NCBI GenBank assembly: GCA_009842675.1
Contig: VYEX01000062.1
Coordinates: 15,218 to 79,217 of the forward strand
Origin: Acidimicrobiia bacterium
Lineage (GTDB): Bacteria > Actinomycetota > Acidimicrobiia > Acidimicrobiales > Bin134
Direction: 5' to 3'
Length of the DNA: 64,000 nt
Below, one piece after another: positions 62,536 through 64,000 of this stretch. The number at the start of each line of letters is the position of its first letter. The first letter of the stretch is position 1. Position numbers and translations under genes: made by a program. The notes under the pieces were generated by a model. The model was not told where the DNA came from. It ran no database searches and was given only the letters and a program-made list of their open reading frames with translations.

Positions 62536-64000
62536 TTAGCGAGAGCCCGGTTCGCGCAGGCGGGTCAACAGCTCGCCGGCCGTATCGCAATCATCTAGGA
62601 GTTGGCCCACGTGGTCCACCGTGCCCCGGGTGGGCTCCATCATGGGAACCCGGCGCAGCGGTTCGTCTCCAACATCGAACACGATTGAGTCCCAATTCGC
62701 GGCCACAATGCTGGGAGCCCACCGTTTGAGGCACTGGCCTCGGAAGTAGGCCCGGGTGTCCGTTGGCGGATCGGAAATAGCCGAACGGGCATCGTCGGCT
62801 GAGATCAGCGATTCCAAACCCACACGCGCCGCCACCGATCTTTCTGGCCGCAAGTCGTGGTACTGAAGGTCGAGAGCAGCCAGCCGGGAATCGTCGGGCC
62901 CCATCCCATGACGCTGCGACATACCTTGAATCAACCGATACTTGGCCACCCAGTCCAGTTGGTCGGCCAGACTCATGGGGTCGGCTTCCAATGCGGCTAG
63001 CACCTGCTCCCACCGGTCTATCACCATCTCTCCAACCGGACCGCCGACTGCATCCAACCCATGGCTGTCGGCATATTTTCGAGCCTGGTCCAACAGGTCC
63101 CACTGGATTTCCAGGGCAGTGGCGGCAGTTCCGTCGGCCAGTTCCAGAGGCTTGGTCAAGCTCACGTCGTAGGAGACTTGGCGCATGGCCTGCACCGGCG
63201 TGCGGAAGCGGAACTCCCGGGGCAATACGTTGTCCTCGACCATGGCCAAGACGATGGCGGTGGTCCCTACCTTTAGAAAGGTGGCCACCTCCGACATGTT
63301 GGCATCGCCGGTGATGACGTGCAGGCGGCGATAGTGCCGGGCGTCAGCGTGGGGCTCATCGCGGGTGTTGATAATGGGCCGCTTAAGCGTGGTCTCCAGG
63401 CCCACTTCTTCCTCGAAGAAATCGGCTCGCTGGGTGATCTGGAAGGGCACCTCCGCGGTCGTAAGTCCGGGGGCTTCCGAACCAACCTTGCCTGACCCGG
63501 TGAAGATCTGACGGGTAACCAGATGGGAGGTTGCATGAACCACTATCTGGAAGAAGGGCGTAGTGCGAGCCATGAGGTAGTTCTCGTGGCAGCCGTAGCT
63601 GTTTCCCTTGCCATCAGAGTTGTTCTTGTAGACCACCAGTTCTTGACCATGGGGCAGCACCTGAGCGGCTGCCTCCATGGAACGGACCAAGATCAGTTCA
63701 CCTGCCTTGTCGAATCGGGTCACGTCTAAGGCGTTGCTGCACTCAGGAGTGGACAATTCGGGGTGGGCGTGGTCCACGTAATACCGGGCACCGTTGGTCA
63801 ACACGGCATTCACCAGGTGCGTCTCGATTTCGGGGGCCAGCGACCCCAGCGGTGCTATGCCTCGGATGTCATTTCCGGGCATCTCGTCCTCGAAATCCCA
63901 GTTCACTCCGGCGGCCGGTCCGCCTTCCCCGGTGCGCTCTACCTCTGCCAGATAAGAGTTGATGAGCAGCGATGAGGCCGCGATCGGATTGGCGTCCTCG
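62536..64000 (-). CDS. dop: Pup deamidase/depupylase Dop (5' end outside window)
   Basis: [38 protein letters not shown]. The frame stays open from 63906 to the window edge (...EDANPIAASSLLINSYLAEV...). Confidence 0.9.
   Translation of the reverse strand, partial: EDANPIAASSLLINSYLAEVERTGEGGPAAGVNWDFEDEMPGNDIRGIAPLGSLAPEIETHLVNAVLTNGARYYVDHAHPELSTPECSNALDVTRFDKAGELILVRSMEAAAQVLPHGQELVVYKNNSDGKGNSYGCHENYLMARTTPFFQIVVHATSHLVTRQIFTGSGKVGSEAPGLTTAEVPFQITQRADFFEEEVGLETTLKRPIINTRDEPHADARHYRRLHVITGDANMSEVATFLKVGTTAIVLAMVEDNVLPREFRFRTPVQAMRQVSYDVSLTKPLELADGTAATALEIQWDLLDQARKYADSHGLDAVGGPVGEMVIDRWEQVLAALEADPMSLADQLDWVAKYRLIQGMSQRHGMGPDDSRLAALDLQYHDLRPERSVAARVGLESLISADDARSAISDPPTDTRAYFRGQCLKRWAPSIVAANWDSIVFDVGDEPLRRVPMMEPTRGTVDHVGQLLDDCDTAGELLTRLREPGSR

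Noticed and set aside
1-64000. Prophage, integrative element, transposon or defence island.
   Set aside because: I recognised no integrase, transposase, recombinase, phage structural, restriction-modification, Cas, helicase-nuclease or abortive-infection-type genes. Apart from 39432-39701 I saw no composition break.

Overview
Dense, high-GC (roughly 60-65% by eye) chromosomal segment that looks actinobacterial. I support about 70 protein-coding genes. By eye I found no rRNA, tRNA, CRISPR array, transposase or integrase, but I could not run a tRNA or ncRNA scan. The right third is a conserved housekeeping block on the minus strand: dop, pup, prcB, prcA, pafA, pafB, pafC, lepB, then tatA and tatC. 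A GDPD gene and a metal-ABC ATPase gene sit on the opposite strand between lepB and tatA. The left and middle parts hold a Zur/ZnuAB zinc-uptake locus, many lipid and xenobiotic redox genes (acyl-CoA dehydrogenase, hotdog hydratases, LLM, GMC, P450, five SDRs, two MpaB-type oxygenases, sulfotransferase), ald with its Lrp regulator, a divergent glyoxylate-shunt pair (malate synthase G and a long isocitrate lyase), and MFS and MMPL exporters. Two regions stand out. (1) At 12387-12935 a single in-frame TGA followed by GSC joins two ORFs, with a hairpin starting 5 nt downstream. This is a candidate UxxC selenoprotein. (2) At 39702-47340 there are ten translationally coupled genes behind a 36%-GC spacer. 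They form a Tad-like secretion/pilus module that has no canonical Flp prepilin, no prepilin peptidase and no TadZ, and that begins with two Cys-rich exported proteins of unknown family. Other oddities include a ZnuA with a loop of about 96 residues, roughly 90 of which are only His/Asp/Glu/Gly, built from 51-bp repeats, a Cys-rich microprotein in the zur-znuA spacer, an orphan His-tailed ZnuC-like ATPase 50 kb away, a probable CTG start, and a DUF4193/GNAT/Nudix operon. All family calls rest on motif recognition by eye and need HMM or BLAST confirmation.
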